Of a stretch of DNA of 64,000 bases, positions 52,767-62,555 are shown piece after piece. The number at the start of each line of letters is the position of its first letter. Position 1 is the stretch's first letter. The position numbers and the translations under genes are program-made. The DNA lies in contig CASFYT010000018.1 of assembly GCA_949299015.1 (NCBI GenBank), forward strand, positions 216 to 64,215, given 5' to 3'. The notes under the pieces were generated by a model that saw nothing but the letters and a program-made list of their open reading frames with translations, searched no databases and was not told the origin of the DNA. Source of the stretch: an uncultured Bacillota bacterium (lineage in GTDB: Bacteria; Bacillota_I; Bacilli_A; RFN20; CAG-288).

Positions 52767-55700
52767 AAGAACAGAGCAAGGAAATCCAGGGCAAGGAAGA
52801 GCAAAAAGGGAAAGACGAATTCAACGCTGAGCAGAGAAGGGCCATCGAGAGCCCCTTGGGCCAGGATGTCCTCATCGCCGCCGGCGCCGGGAGCGGAAAG
52901 ACCAAGACCCTGTCGAAGAAGGTCTACAAGATCTGCGCGGATTTCCATGTCGATCCCAGCAAGATCCTGGTCCTGACCTTCACCAACAAGGCCGCCTTCG
53001 AGATGAAGGAGAGGATCGTCAAGGAATTCCGCAAGGCCCATTCCGGAGAGCTGGCCGACAAGATCCTCTCCAGCCACATCCAGACCTTCGATTCCTTCTC
53101 CCTCTATCTCGTCCAGCAGCATGCCAGCGTCCTCCATCTCCCCTCGACGATCTCCGTCATGGATTCCAGCATCCTTGCGGCCAAGGCCAATTCCTTTGTC
53201 GACGAGATCTTCGAGGAGTACTACAAAGCCCATGACGAGCGTTTCCTCAACCTGATCGGCAAGATCAACGCTTACGGAGACTTCAAGACCAAGGTTCTCG
53301 TGAAGGACCTCCAGAGGAAGCTCTCCAATCTCCTCCCCTCCGAGAGGGAGTCCTTCGTGAAGGACTATGACGAGAGATTCCTCTCCGAATCCTTCCTCAA
53401 GGAAAAGTACGACCTCTTCCTCGAAGACAGGAGGGAGAAGCTGAGACAGGCGATGAAGAAAGCCTGTCTTGCTTTCTCCTATGGCCAGGAGGAATGGGAC
53501 CGGGATGCCCTGGTCGAGGAGCTCAAGAGAGTGGATGTCGCCGACATCGACTTCGGGTCCTTCTCCTTCGGACAGGAGCATCTCGACAAGATCTTCCGAC
53601 TCGCCCGATCTGTCCTTGCCTCCTCGACGGAAGACCTGGTCGAGGAAGCGGAGGCCTATGCCGGAGACGAGGCGAAGGATTTCTGGGACGGGAAGCGGTT
53701 CTATCAGGAGACCAAGGGAGAAAAGTATGCCCATCTCTACAAAGATGCCTTTTATCTTCTTCGCGAGGCCTTGCGCGATTCCTTCTTCCTTCCTTTGAGA
53801 AACTACGGAACATTTGAATCGCAGAAGGAAAGGATTCGCTCCTTCCGGGAGGACATCCACCTGCTCTTCGAAATCGTCGAGAAGCTCGAGGAAAGGCTGA
53901 GGAAGTTCAAGTTCCTCTCCAACGCCTATTCCTTCCAGGACATCTCGAACATGGCCCTCTCCCTTCTGATCGACCCGAAGTATGCGAAGGTGGCCGAGGA
54001 GATCCAGGACCGTTTCTCCTATGTCCTTGTCGACGAGTATCAGGACACCAACGACTTCCAGGAAGCCTTCCTCAACGCCATCTCCAAGAAGGCGACCCTC
54101 TTCACGGTCGGCGATGCTAAGCAGTCCATCTACGGCTTCCGCAACTCCAACTGCCAGCTCTTCCTCGACCGCAAGGAGCTCTACCGGAAGGAAGGCAGCG
54201 ACAAGCGGATCGTCATCGAGATGAACAAGAACTACCGTTCGGTCGAGAAGATCCTCGACGATGTCAACGCCATCTTCGAAGGCTACATGAACCGGGAGCA
54301 CGGCGGAATCGACTACGTGGGCGGGGAAAGGCTGGACTATGACAAGGAGACCGACCTCTTCGCCCTGGCCAGGAAAAACGAGAAGGGACAATACGGCCTG
54401 TCCCTTCTCCAGTACACCGACGTTCCGGAGAAGCTGGAAGGGGATGTCGTCTCCCTGGAAGGAAGGACGATCATCAAGGACATCCAGGAGAAGGTCCGGT
54501 CCGGATACCAGGTGCTGGATTTCGGCAAGGACGGTCTGCACCTTCGTCCCTGCACCTACAAGGACTTCGCCATCTTGATTCGGAAGAAGAAGGACTTCGC
54601 GACCTATCAGAAGCTCTTTCTGGACGCGGGAATCCCGCTCAACGACGAGATCGAGACGGGTTATCACGACATCGATTGCATCCTCGTCCTTCAGAACCTG
54701 GTCAAGATGTTCTCCTATTATCTGGGAACGTCCAAGGAGAACATCCGCCACCTCTATCTCTCCCTGGCCCGCAGCTATCTCTTCGGAAAGAGGAAGGGCT
54801 ATGACGACAAGAGGATCTACGAGACGCTCCAGAGCGAGGAGCTCTGGGAGAAGGATCCGCTTTTGCAACAGGTTCAGGGCTTTGTCCGAAAGGAGAAGGA
54901 CAAGGCCTTCTCTCGCATCTTTTTGGACATGATCCGGGAGTTCCATGTCTTGGAATGTCTTCCCTATCTGGGCGATGTCAGCAACAACGTCTCCAAGGTG
55001 GAATCCTATTACCGGCTCTTGGTCAGCCAGGAGAACATCGGGGAGGGACTTTCCCAGTTCGTGGAACTCTTCAAGACCATCGACAAGTACGACATCGGAA
55101 TCAGCGCCTCCTCCGTGACCTCCCTGGAGGATGCCGTGAGCCTGATGACCATCCACCAGTCCAAGGGCCTGGAGTTCAAGATCGTCTACATGCCTTTGGC
55201 GAGGAACGTCATCGCCTCCGGAAACAACATGAACGCTCCCGACTATCTCTTCTCCCGTGAGTATGGATTGATCCTTCCGAACTATCGATACGACGAGCCG
55301 GTCGACACTTTCCTCCGCCCGCTCTACTTCGAGGGAGAGGGAAGCAAGGTCGGGGAGGTCAGCGAACACGTCCGCCTCTTCTATGTCGCCCAGACGAGAG
55401 CCAAGGAAAGCCTCTTCTTGGTCGGAAATCCCACCGACCTTTCCTCAAGGGAGAAGGAGACCCTTCTGGACATGCTCGACAGCACGGTCCACTACGAGAG
55501 AATCAATGACGCCCTTCTGAAGCGCCATGAATCCGTCTTCCAGAAAGAGGATCTCGACAGGTATCGGGCGCTCACGAAGGAAGCCGAAGACATCTGCTTC
55601 AGAAGGAAGGAAGTCCTCTCGAATGCCGATGACGAAAGAAAGGAGATTCTCTCCTATCTCTATGAGAAGCTCATCGTGGAAAGCTTCCAAGAAGAGCTGT

Positions 55701-56692
55701 CCGCCGTCCTGGATTCCCTCAAGCTCTCTCTCTATGACGAACTTCTTGAGGAAGTCTCGAAAAACATCACTCTCTCTATCCGCCTGCTCCTTCTCTTCTA
55801 TACGGGTATCGACTGTGGAGAGGATATCGACGCTTTCTGCAATGAAAAGAAAGATGTCCTTTCCATGTACGACTTGGGAGCGACGAAGGAGGAACTTTTG
55901 GAAGAGAGCAAGGAGTTCCTCCGCTCCTTCCTTGAGCTGAAGGAAACGGACTTCGTCAAGAAGCACAATTCCATCCGCGAGGTCAAGCTTGGGACGAAGA
56001 GAAACAAGGACATGGACGAGGAGGGGAACCTGGCCCTGCAAAAGTCGAAGAAGGCCATCCCCTTGATCTTCGACGATCTGCTTTCTGTCACCGACGGAAG
56101 TGCTCTCTTCCAGGAGAAGTTCTATCCGCTGTTCCAGACATACGTCCATTCCCTTGAGGGAGAGGAGAGAAGGGAGACGAAAAAAGATCTGCCGCAGCTT
56201 GGGAAGACGGAGGATGGCGAAGAGATCATCGATGAGACTCCCCTCACTCACAAGCGAGCCAGCAAGTATCTCTCTGATGAAGAGACCATCTCCGAGGAAA
56301 CCCTCTCCAAGGGTACGCTCTACCATCGCTACATGGAGAATGTCGACCTGAGGACGAAGGAGATTCCCCCTTTCCTGAAGGGCGAGGAAAGGAAGAACAT
56401 CGAGAAGGTCCTTTCCCTTCCTCTCTTCGACGATCTGTCCGCAGTCGACATCTACAAGGAATATTCCTATTACGACAGCAAGAATCACGCACGAGGTTCG
56501 ATCGACCTGCTTCTGGTGCGGAAGGACGAGATCGACATCGTCGACTACAAGCTCAAGAAGATCTCCGATCCGGAGTATCGCCAGCAGCTCGAGATCTATC
56601 GGGAGAACGTCCTCCGGCTCTTCGGAGAAAAGAGAATCCGGACGTTCCTGCTCTCCTTGCTCGACGCAAGGCTGGAAGAGGTCAAGCTTTGA
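52763..56692 (+). CDS. addA: AddA/RexA-like UvrD-family helicase-nuclease subunit A
   Basis: The product is 1309 aa from the ATG at 52763. It shows Walker A (AGAGSGKTKT), VDEYQDTN, and a C-terminal nuclease block (GSIDLLLV...IDIVDYKLKK). Confidence 0.9.
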   Translation: MKEQSKEIQGKEEQKGKDEFNAEQRRAIESPLGQDVLIAAGAGSGKTKTLSKKVYKICADFHVDPSKILVLTFTNKAAFEMKERIVKEFRKAHSGELADKILSSHIQTFDSFSLYLVQQHASVLHLPSTISVMDSSILAAKANSFVDEIFEEYYKAHDERFLNLIGKINAYGDFKTKVLVKDLQRKLSNLLPSERESFVKDYDERFLSESFLKEKYDLFLEDRREKLRQAMKKACLAFSYGQEEWDRDALVEELKRVDVADIDFGSFSFGQEHLDKIFRLARSVLASSTEDLVEEAEAYAGDEAKDFWDGKRFYQETKGEKYAHLYKDAFYLLREALRDSFFLPLRNYGTFESQKERIRSFREDIHLLFEIVEKLEERLRKFKFLSNAYSFQDISNMALSLLIDPKYAKVAEEIQDRFSYVLVDEYQDTNDFQEAFLNAISKKATLFTVGDAKQSIYGFRNSNCQLFLDRKELYRKEGSDKRIVIEMNKNYRSVEKILDDVNAIFEGYMNREHGGIDYVGGERLDYDKETDLFALARKNEKGQYGLSLLQYTDVPEKLEGDVVSLEGRTIIKDIQEKVRSGYQVLDFGKDGLHLRPCTYKDFAILIRKKKDFATYQKLFLDAGIPLNDEIETGYHDIDCILVLQNLVKMFSYYLGTSKENIRHLYLSLARSYLFGKRKGYDDKRIYETLQSEELWEKDPLLQQVQGFVRKEKDKAFSRIFLDMIREFHVLECLPYLGDVSNNVSKVESYYRLLVSQENIGEGLSQFVELFKTIDKYDIGISASSVTSLEDAVSLMTIHQSKGLEFKIVYMPLARNVIASGNNMNAPDYLFSREYGLILPNYRYDEPVDTFLRPLYFEGEGSKVGEVSEHVRLFYVAQTRAKESLFLVGNPTDLSSREKETLLDMLDSTVHYERINDALLKRHESVFQKEDLDRYRALTKEAEDICFRRKEVLSNADDERKEILSYLYEKLIVESFQEELSAVLDSLKLSLYDELLEEVSKNITLSIRLLLLFYTGIDCGEDIDAFCNEKKDVLSMYDLGATKEELLEESKEFLRSFLELKETDFVKKHNSIREVKLGTKRNKDMDEEGNLALQKSKKAIPLIFDDLLSVTDGSALFQEKFYPLFQTYVHSLEGEERRETKKDLPQLGKTEDGEEIIDETPLTHKRASKYLSDEETISEETLSKGTLYHRYMENVDLRTKEIPPFLKGEERKNIEKVLSLPLFDDLSAVDIYKEYSYYDSKNHARGSIDLLLVRKDEIDIVDYKLKKISDPEYRQQLEIYRENVLRLFGEKRIRTFLLSLLDARLEEVKL

Positions 56693-57353
56693 CGTTCCTT
56701 CCTTCTTCGGAAAGGGGAGAGAGGATCACGCCCTGGGATTCCTTTCCCTCCCTGTCCAGAAGGTGGATTTCGATCCTCTGGATTTTCTTTTGCATGGAAC
56801 GGAAGACGGTCTTGTCCTCATACCTCTCGATGAAGAAGAGGGTCGCGCTTTCCCAGATGAAGACCCAGGCGACGATGTCCAGGACCTCGCTGACGATGTC
56901 GGAAGTCATGTTGCTCTTGCCCTTGAAGAGGAGAGCCTGGACCAGGATCATGGCGATGAGGGTGAGGACTCCGACGATCAGGAAGATCAAGGAGAGAAGG
57001 GACTTCCCCCTCAGGCGCCTCCGATAGCCTTGGATGCCGAAGAAGAGGCCGTCCTCGACCGCCCTCTGGCATTCTTCCTTCTGGTGGCCTTGGCTGTCCT
57101 GGATCTCGATTTTGAGGACGACGTCATAGAAGGAGGGGAGCTGGGGAATGATCGACGACAGGCTTTCCTTGAGCGCTCCCTTGAGCTGGAGCGACTTTCC
57201 GATGCTTGTGTCCAAAAAGTCCTCGAGCCTCTCGACATGGAACGGGATTGTCAGGATTCCTTTTTCGTCATCCAGAAGATAGTTCCTTGCGAGGACGTCG
57301 TGCCATTGTTTGTCCATCTTGTGTCCGCAGACGGAAATCTTTTCTTTCTTCAT
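56682..57353 (-). CDS. Membrane protein of unknown function
   Basis: The 223-aa product has two clear TM helices and lies immediately downstream of the ABC exporter pair. Confidence 0.6.
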   Translation of the reverse strand: MKKEKISVCGHKMDKQWHDVLARNYLLDDEKGILTIPFHVERLEDFLDTSIGKSLQLKGALKESLSSIIPQLPSFYDVVLKIEIQDSQGHQKEECQRAVEDGLFFGIQGYRRRLRGKSLLSLIFLIVGVLTLIAMILVQALLFKGKSNMTSDIVSEVLDIVAWVFIWESATLFFIERYEDKTVFRSMQKKIQRIEIHLLDREGKESQGVILSPLSEEGRNVKA

Positions 57354-57355
57354 AG

Positions 57356-59212
57356 CTAGGAGAGCTCCTTTCTTCCGGTGTAGAGGTCATAATAGGCCCC
57401 CTTGAGCTTCAGGAGGTCCTCTTGCCTTCCTCTTTCGATGATCGTCCCGTGGTCGAGGACGAGGATCTCGTCGGCGTCGGCGATGGTGCTAAGACGATGG
57501 GCGATGACCAGGACCGAGCGCTCCCGCATCAGGCTCTTGAGGCCCTCGTGGATCAGTTTCTCGCTGCGCGTGTCGATGTTGCTGGTCGCCTCGTCTAGGA
57601 TCAGGACCGGCGGCTTGTTCAAAGAGGCCCTGGTCAGTCCCAGAAGCTGTCTCTGCCCTTCCGAGAGGTTGGCCCCGTCGTCGTAGAGCATCGTGTCGTA
57701 TCCCTCCGGAAGGCGCAAGATGAAGCTGTCGGCATGGGAGCTTTCGCTGGCCTTTCGTATCTCCTCGTCGGTGGAATGGCGGCGGACGTAGCGAATGTTG
57801 TCCTTGACGGTGCCGGTGAAGAGGTGCGTGTCCTGGGTGACCATCGACAGGGCTCTTCTCAGGGAGGAGAGCTCGATGTCTCGGATGTCGATGCCGTCAT
57901 AGGTAATCGTCCCGGAGTCGACCGGATAGAAGCGGGCCAGAAGGGAGATGATCGTCGTCTTCCCGGCTCCGGTGGAACCGACGAAGGCGACCTTCTTCCC
58001 GGGATGGACCTCGAAGGAGATGCCCTTGAGGACTTCCTTTCCCGGGACGTAGGAGAAGCGGACGTCGTCGAAGACGATCCTTCCCACGAGCGGGATTTCT
58101 TCTCCCTGGGGTGTCTTCCAGCAGTAGCGGTCCTGGAACTCCTCCGCGTCGGAGACCTTGAAGAGTTCGACCTTTCCGAGATTCTCCTCTTCCTTCTCGT
58201 CCAGGAAGGAGAAGATCCTTTCCGCGCCGGCGCTGGCCGAGAGAATCGAGTTGAGATGCTGGGTGAAGAAGTTGAAGGGCTGGCAGGAGGTGCGGACGAA
58301 GACGAGGTAGGAGGAGAGGCCCCCAAGGCCGGTCGCGATCCATCCGTTGGCCAGGAAGATCGCGCCGACGACCGCGCTGATGGAGAAGTTGAGATAGCTC
58401 AGGGAGACGAAGATCGGGATGTTGAGCTGGGTGAAGAAGAAGGCCTTCTCGCTGGCTTTCCTCCAGCTCTCGTTCCCTTGAAGGAATCTCTTCCGGCTTT
58501 CCTCCCCGTGCGAGAAGGCCTTGATGACCTTGGCGCCGAGGATGTCCTCCTCGACCCGGGCGTTGACTTCCGAGAGGGCGACCTGCTGGGCCTTGAAGTA
58601 CTTCTGGGCCTTGTGCGAATCCAGGAACATGAAGAAGAACATCAAGAGGACGAAGACCACGACGATCAAGGACAGCAGGGAATTGATCAGGAAGAGGGAG
58701 ACGATGGTCCCGACGATGTTGCTCAGGGAGAGGACGATGTTGGCGAAGGAATCGTTCATCGCCGTGACCAGGGCATCGACGTCGTTGGTGAAGTAGGTCA
58801 TGATCTCCCCGTGGGTGTGACGGTCGAAATACGGGATGGGAAGCCTCTGGACCTTCGCCATCAGTTCCTTGCGGATCTGGTAGAGGACCTTCTGCGTCAG
58901 CCGGACCATGATCTGCATGTAGAGGATGTTGGAGAGCACTCCGAAGAGGTAGATTCCGATCAGGACGGCGCACTGCCGGTAGAGGGTCGAGAGGTTCTCT
59001 TTCAAAGGAAGGAGGTCGAGGTTCTCCTCCAGGGTGTGGATGACCCAGTTCCCGGAGAGATAGGTGCCCAGGATGTTGCAGGCGCTGGAGCAGACGGCAA
59101 GGACGCAGACCAGGATCAAGAGGAAGAGCTGGACGCCCCTGAAGTAGGAGAAGAGACGGCGCATCGTCTGGAGGAAGTTCTTCGGCCGGGCTCGGTTCAG
59201 GCTTGCGGGCAT
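57356..59212 (-). CDS. ABC exporter, fused permease/ATPase (heterodimer partner B)
   Basis: An N-terminal six-TM domain precedes GSTGAGKTT, LSEGQRQLL and LILDEATS. Confidence 0.92.
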   Translation of the reverse strand: MPASLNRARPKNFLQTMRRLFSYFRGVQLFLLILVCVLAVCSSACNILGTYLSGNWVIHTLEENLDLLPLKENLSTLYRQCAVLIGIYLFGVLSNILYMQIMVRLTQKVLYQIRKELMAKVQRLPIPYFDRHTHGEIMTYFTNDVDALVTAMNDSFANIVLSLSNIVGTIVSLFLINSLLSLIVVVFVLLMFFFMFLDSHKAQKYFKAQQVALSEVNARVEEDILGAKVIKAFSHGEESRKRFLQGNESWRKASEKAFFFTQLNIPIFVSLSYLNFSISAVVGAIFLANGWIATGLGGLSSYLVFVRTSCQPFNFFTQHLNSILSASAGAERIFSFLDEKEEENLGKVELFKVSDAEEFQDRYCWKTPQGEEIPLVGRIVFDDVRFSYVPGKEVLKGISFEVHPGKKVAFVGSTGAGKTTIISLLARFYPVDSGTITYDGIDIRDIELSSLRRALSMVTQDTHLFTGTVKDNIRYVRRHSTDEEIRKASESSHADSFILRLPEGYDTMLYDDGANLSEGQRQLLGLTRASLNKPPVLILDEATSNIDTRSEKLIHEGLKSLMRERSVLVIAHRLSTIADADEILVLDHGTIIERGRQEDLLKLKGAYYDLYTGRKELS

Positions 59213-60981
59213 GTCGTTTCCTCCTTCTGGAGTCTCGCGATGTCGCGATAGATGTCGTCGTCTTTGAGAAGCTCGAGGTTCGTCCCGAAGCCGTGGATCC
59301 TGCCCTCGTCTAGGACGAGGATCTTGTCGGCATCCTTGATGGTGGAGACCTTCTGGGCGATGACAATCGTCGTCATCCGGGGAAGCCTCGTCCTCAGGTT
59401 GTCCTTCAGCCTCGCCTCCGTCAGCCGGTCCAGGGCCGAGAAGGAATCGTCGAGGATCAGGATCTTGGGATGTCTCAAAAGGGCCCTAGCGATGCAAAGC
59501 CTTTGCCTCTGTCCGCCGGAGACGTTGCTTCCGCCCTGCCCGATCGGCGTGTCCAGTCCCAAAGGCAGGGAATTCCGAACGAAGTCTTTGGCGCAGGCGA
59601 TGTCCAAGGCTTCCAGCATCTCCGCCTCGCTCGCGTCCGGGTCTCCCCAAAGAAGATTGTCCCGGATCGTGCCGGAGAAGAGGCGCGGGTTCTGGAAGCA
59701 GATGGAAAGGCTCTTCCGAAGCGCCGCGATCTTGTAGTCCCGGATGTCCACACCGCCTAGGAGGATGCGCCCCTCGTCGACGTCGTAGAAGCGCTCCAGA
59801 AGGTGGATCAGGGTCGTCTTGCTGCTTCCGGTCTGCCCGATCACGCCCAAGAACTCCCCTTCCTTCAGGTCGAAGGTGATGTCCTCGATGGCGTTTGGAC
59901 CATCCTTTCCGTAGCGGAAGGAGACCTTTTCGAAGGAGAGGGAACCGTTCCGGACTTCCTCGATCGTCCCGTCGTCCTGGATTTCGCTTTGGGTCTCCAT
60001 CACTTCCTTGATACGCTCCAGGGAAGCCTCCGAGCGGGTGAAGGAAAGGAAGACGTTGCTGACCATGTTGAGGGAGGCCAGAAGCTGGGCGACGTAGCTC
60101 AGGAAGGAAGCCATGTCGTTGATGAAGTCGGCATCCTTCGCCGTCAAGGAAAGGTTGCCTCCGATGAGAAGGATTCCGATTGTGCAGGAATAGGTCATGA
60201 ACTGCATGACCGCTTGGTTATAGGCGATGAATCCGAGGGATCTTTGGCTGGCCGTGGAAAGGGCTTGGTTGACGTCATGGAACTTCTCGTTCTCGAATCC
60301 TCCCTTGTCGTTGGCGCGGATCAGCTTCATGGCGATGAGGCTCTCCTGGGTGACGCGGTTGATGTTGTCGAGACTTCTTTGGACCTTGAGGAAGCGCGGC
60401 CTCGCCTGGACGGTCAAAAAGACCAGGATGGCGGCCATGATGGGAAGGATGATGGCGAAGACGATTGAGAGACGGGCGGACATGGTGACGGCGAAAGCCA
60501 GGGCGAAGACGAGCTGGATGGGAGAGCGAAGCAGGGGTCGCATCACCTGGCAGCAGGTGTCCGAGACGATCTGGATGTCGTTGGTGAGCCTTGTCACCAG
60601 GGAATTCATGCGGAAACTGTCGATGTTGCGGAAGGAATAGGCTTGGATCTTCTCGTACTCGGCCTTTCTCAGCTCGTAGCCGAGACCTCTTCCCGTCTTG
60701 GCCGTGTAGCGGGCGGTGATGATTCCAAGGGCCAGGGCAATCAGGGCGAAGAGGACCATCACGCCTCCCAGCATCAGGACGAAGGGAAGGTCCAGATGGT
60801 AGAGGACCTCCCCGGCCTTTTCGTACCGCTCCAGGCCGTTGTCCAGAAGGACGTTCATCAGAAAGGGAATCGAGATCTCCAAGGCGCATTCGAAGACGAT
60901 GGCGAAGCAGGCCAGGAAGAGCTCCTTCTTGCGTGGCCTGAGGTAGGTCCAGAGGCGGAATCTTGCGGTCGGATGGTTCAT
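59197..60981 (-). CDS. ABC exporter, fused permease/ATPase (heterodimer partner A)
   Basis: An N-terminal six-TM domain precedes GQTGSSKTT, VSGGQRQRL and LILDDSFS. Confidence 0.92.
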   Translation of the reverse strand: MNHPTARFRLWTYLRPRKKELFLACFAIVFECALEISIPFLMNVLLDNGLERYEKAGEVLYHLDLPFVLMLGGVMVLFALIALALGIITARYTAKTGRGLGYELRKAEYEKIQAYSFRNIDSFRMNSLVTRLTNDIQIVSDTCCQVMRPLLRSPIQLVFALAFAVTMSARLSIVFAIILPIMAAILVFLTVQARPRFLKVQRSLDNINRVTQESLIAMKLIRANDKGGFENEKFHDVNQALSTASQRSLGFIAYNQAVMQFMTYSCTIGILLIGGNLSLTAKDADFINDMASFLSYVAQLLASLNMVSNVFLSFTRSEASLERIKEVMETQSEIQDDGTIEEVRNGSLSFEKVSFRYGKDGPNAIEDITFDLKEGEFLGVIGQTGSSKTTLIHLLERFYDVDEGRILLGGVDIRDYKIAALRKSLSICFQNPRLFSGTIRDNLLWGDPDASEAEMLEALDIACAKDFVRNSLPLGLDTPIGQGGSNVSGGQRQRLCIARALLRHPKILILDDSFSALDRLTEARLKDNLRTRLPRMTTIVIAQKVSTIKDADKILVLDEGRIHGFGTNLELLKDDDIYRDIARLQKEETTCPQA

Positions 60982-61139
60982 TTGGAATCATTGTGGCACA
61001 GCTTCTTCTCATGTGCAAAGGAGTTGTTAAGGAAGCCTCGAGACTTTTCGATACGGGAATCCGAAAGATGAAGCGTATCTGTGGCGCTTGTCCTTGCCAG
61101 ATGCTATACTTGAGACAGTTCACGGAGGTTAAAAGAACG

Positions 61140-61694
61140 ATGAAAGAATTGAAGGGAACGCAGACGGAGAAGAATCTCCAGGCCGCCTTTGCCGGAGAGA
61201 GCCAGGCCCATACCAAGTATCGGTATTACGCTTCGGTCGCGGCCAAGGAAGGCCACACGGAATTCTCGGAGCTCTTCATGGAGACGGCCAAGAACGAGAG
61301 CGAGCATGCGGAACTCTGGTTCAAGTATCTCCACGGCGGATCCATCCCGACCACGGAAGTCAACCTGGAGGATGCCGCTGCCGGCGAAAACTACGAGCAT
61401 ACGGAGATGTATCCGGAATTCGCCCGCGTCGCCCGCGAGGAAGGCTTCCCCGAGATTGCGGCCAAGTTCGAGATGGTCGGAAAGATCGAGTCCCGTCACG
61501 AGGCCCGCTACAAGGCTCTCCTCGAGGCTCTCAAGACGGACAAGCTGACCATCAAGGAAGGCGTTGTCGTCGTCTTCAAGTGCCAGGTCTGCGGACACAT
61601 CCACGTCGGCGCCACGGCCCCGAAGGTCTGCCCGGTCTGCGGCCACAAGAATTCCTTCCTTCCCGAAACCCTCTACTACGATTGGAAGGCCTAA
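61140..61694 (+). CDS. rbr: Rubrerythrin
   Basis: The product is 184 aa from the internal ATG. It shows LQAAFAGESQAHTKY, ESEHAELW, and a C-terminal rubredoxin-like CQVCGH...CPVCGH. Confidence 0.93.
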   Translation: MKELKGTQTEKNLQAAFAGESQAHTKYRYYASVAAKEGHTEFSELFMETAKNESEHAELWFKYLHGGSIPTTEVNLEDAAAGENYEHTEMYPEFARVAREEGFPEIAAKFEMVGKIESRHEARYKALLEALKTDKLTIKEGVVVVFKCQVCGHIHVGATAPKVCPVCGHKNSFLPETLYYDWKA

Positions 61695-61709
61695 GCCAAG
61701 ACGATCCTT

Positions 61710-61737
61710 GCCGGCGGAGAAATCCGCCGGCTTTTTC
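61710..61737 (+). terminator. Rho-independent terminator
   Basis: The hairpin GCCGGCGG-agaaat-CCGCCGGC is followed by TTTTT. Confidence 0.8.
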
Positions 61738-61839
61738 GATTCGAAACGCGGAACAAAAGTGGAATGCCGGAATTCTTCTGACGCTTCTTGACAAGGGAAA
61801 TGAGCGCGTTTTAGATTAACTTCTGAGGAGGAATGGAAC

Positions 61840-62283
61840 ATGGGCATGAATGAGGAACTGGCGAGGCTGGGCTTCACAAGGCCGAACCGGGAAAAGCGTG
61901 TTTTTGCGATTCGCCATTGGAGCGAGAATCTCATCCAAGACGATTTCATCTTCTCCATGGACCGTTCGATCGACAACATCGAAGCGGCTCCTGGAACAAC
62001 GATTTACACCCTGGCAACGTACGCCGGAAGCTTCATCCTGGAACAAGGAGGGCAGCTCATCGCACCCAATCTGGTCAAATGCAATTCCATCATCCTTGCC
62101 AAAGGGGCGAAGGCGTACTGCCCTTCCCTGAGACGCACGGAGAACGGATGGTTCGGAGAGAACGACTACAAGCGCAACGGCACGATCTTCGTGGACGAAG
62201 GCTGCCTCATCTATGCGCCGCACGCCGTGCCGAAAATCCAATTGGGCGAGGGGGCTTTTCTGAGGAAGCTCCCCTCTGAATGA
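61840..62283 (+). CDS. Hypothetical protein
   Basis: This 147-aa ORF has native codon bias and no recognisable motif. Confidence 0.55.
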   Translation: MGMNEELARLGFTRPNREKRVFAIRHWSENLIQDDFIFSMDRSIDNIEAAPGTTIYTLATYAGSFILEQGGQLIAPNLVKCNSIILAKGAKAYCPSLRRTENGWFGENDYKRNGTIFVDEGCLIYAPHAVPKIQLGEGAFLRKLPSE

Positions 62284-62326
62284 GATTTCCCCCGTCTTCG
62301 CTTTTTGCGTGACGGACCGCATCTCG

Positions 62327-62353
62327 AGGATTCCGGCTCGGAATCCTTTTTTC
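62327..62353 (+). terminator. Rho-independent terminator
   Basis: The hairpin AGGATTCCG-gct-CGGAATCCT is followed by TTTTTT. Confidence 0.8.
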
Positions 62354-62401
62354 TTTCGCTTTTGTGAATCTTCTGGAGATGGAAAAAAGCCCTTTCACGG
62401 C

Positions 62402-62424
62402 ATGATAATCATCCGATGAATCAT
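62402..62424. promoter_or_regulatory. Fur-box-like sequence in an AT-rich intergenic region
   Basis: ATGATAATCAT (62402-12) matches the core of the classical Fur box GATAATGATAATCATTATC. A second half-site-like ATGAATCAT lies at 62416-24. Confidence 0.3.
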
Positions 62425-62555
62425 TTTATATTTCAAAATATATCGATAAATACGTATCAAATTTTAAAACATTCAGTAGGATACTGACTTTTGAAATGTA
62501 AGTGCTATCATATTCATAGCTTCGCTTTTGTTTCAAACAAGAAAGGAGAAGAACG

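Noticed and set aside
52670-55369. An 899-aa - strand ORF opposite addA.
   Set aside because: It is an antisense artefact. addA carries UvrD-helicase and RecB-nuclease motifs on the + strand.
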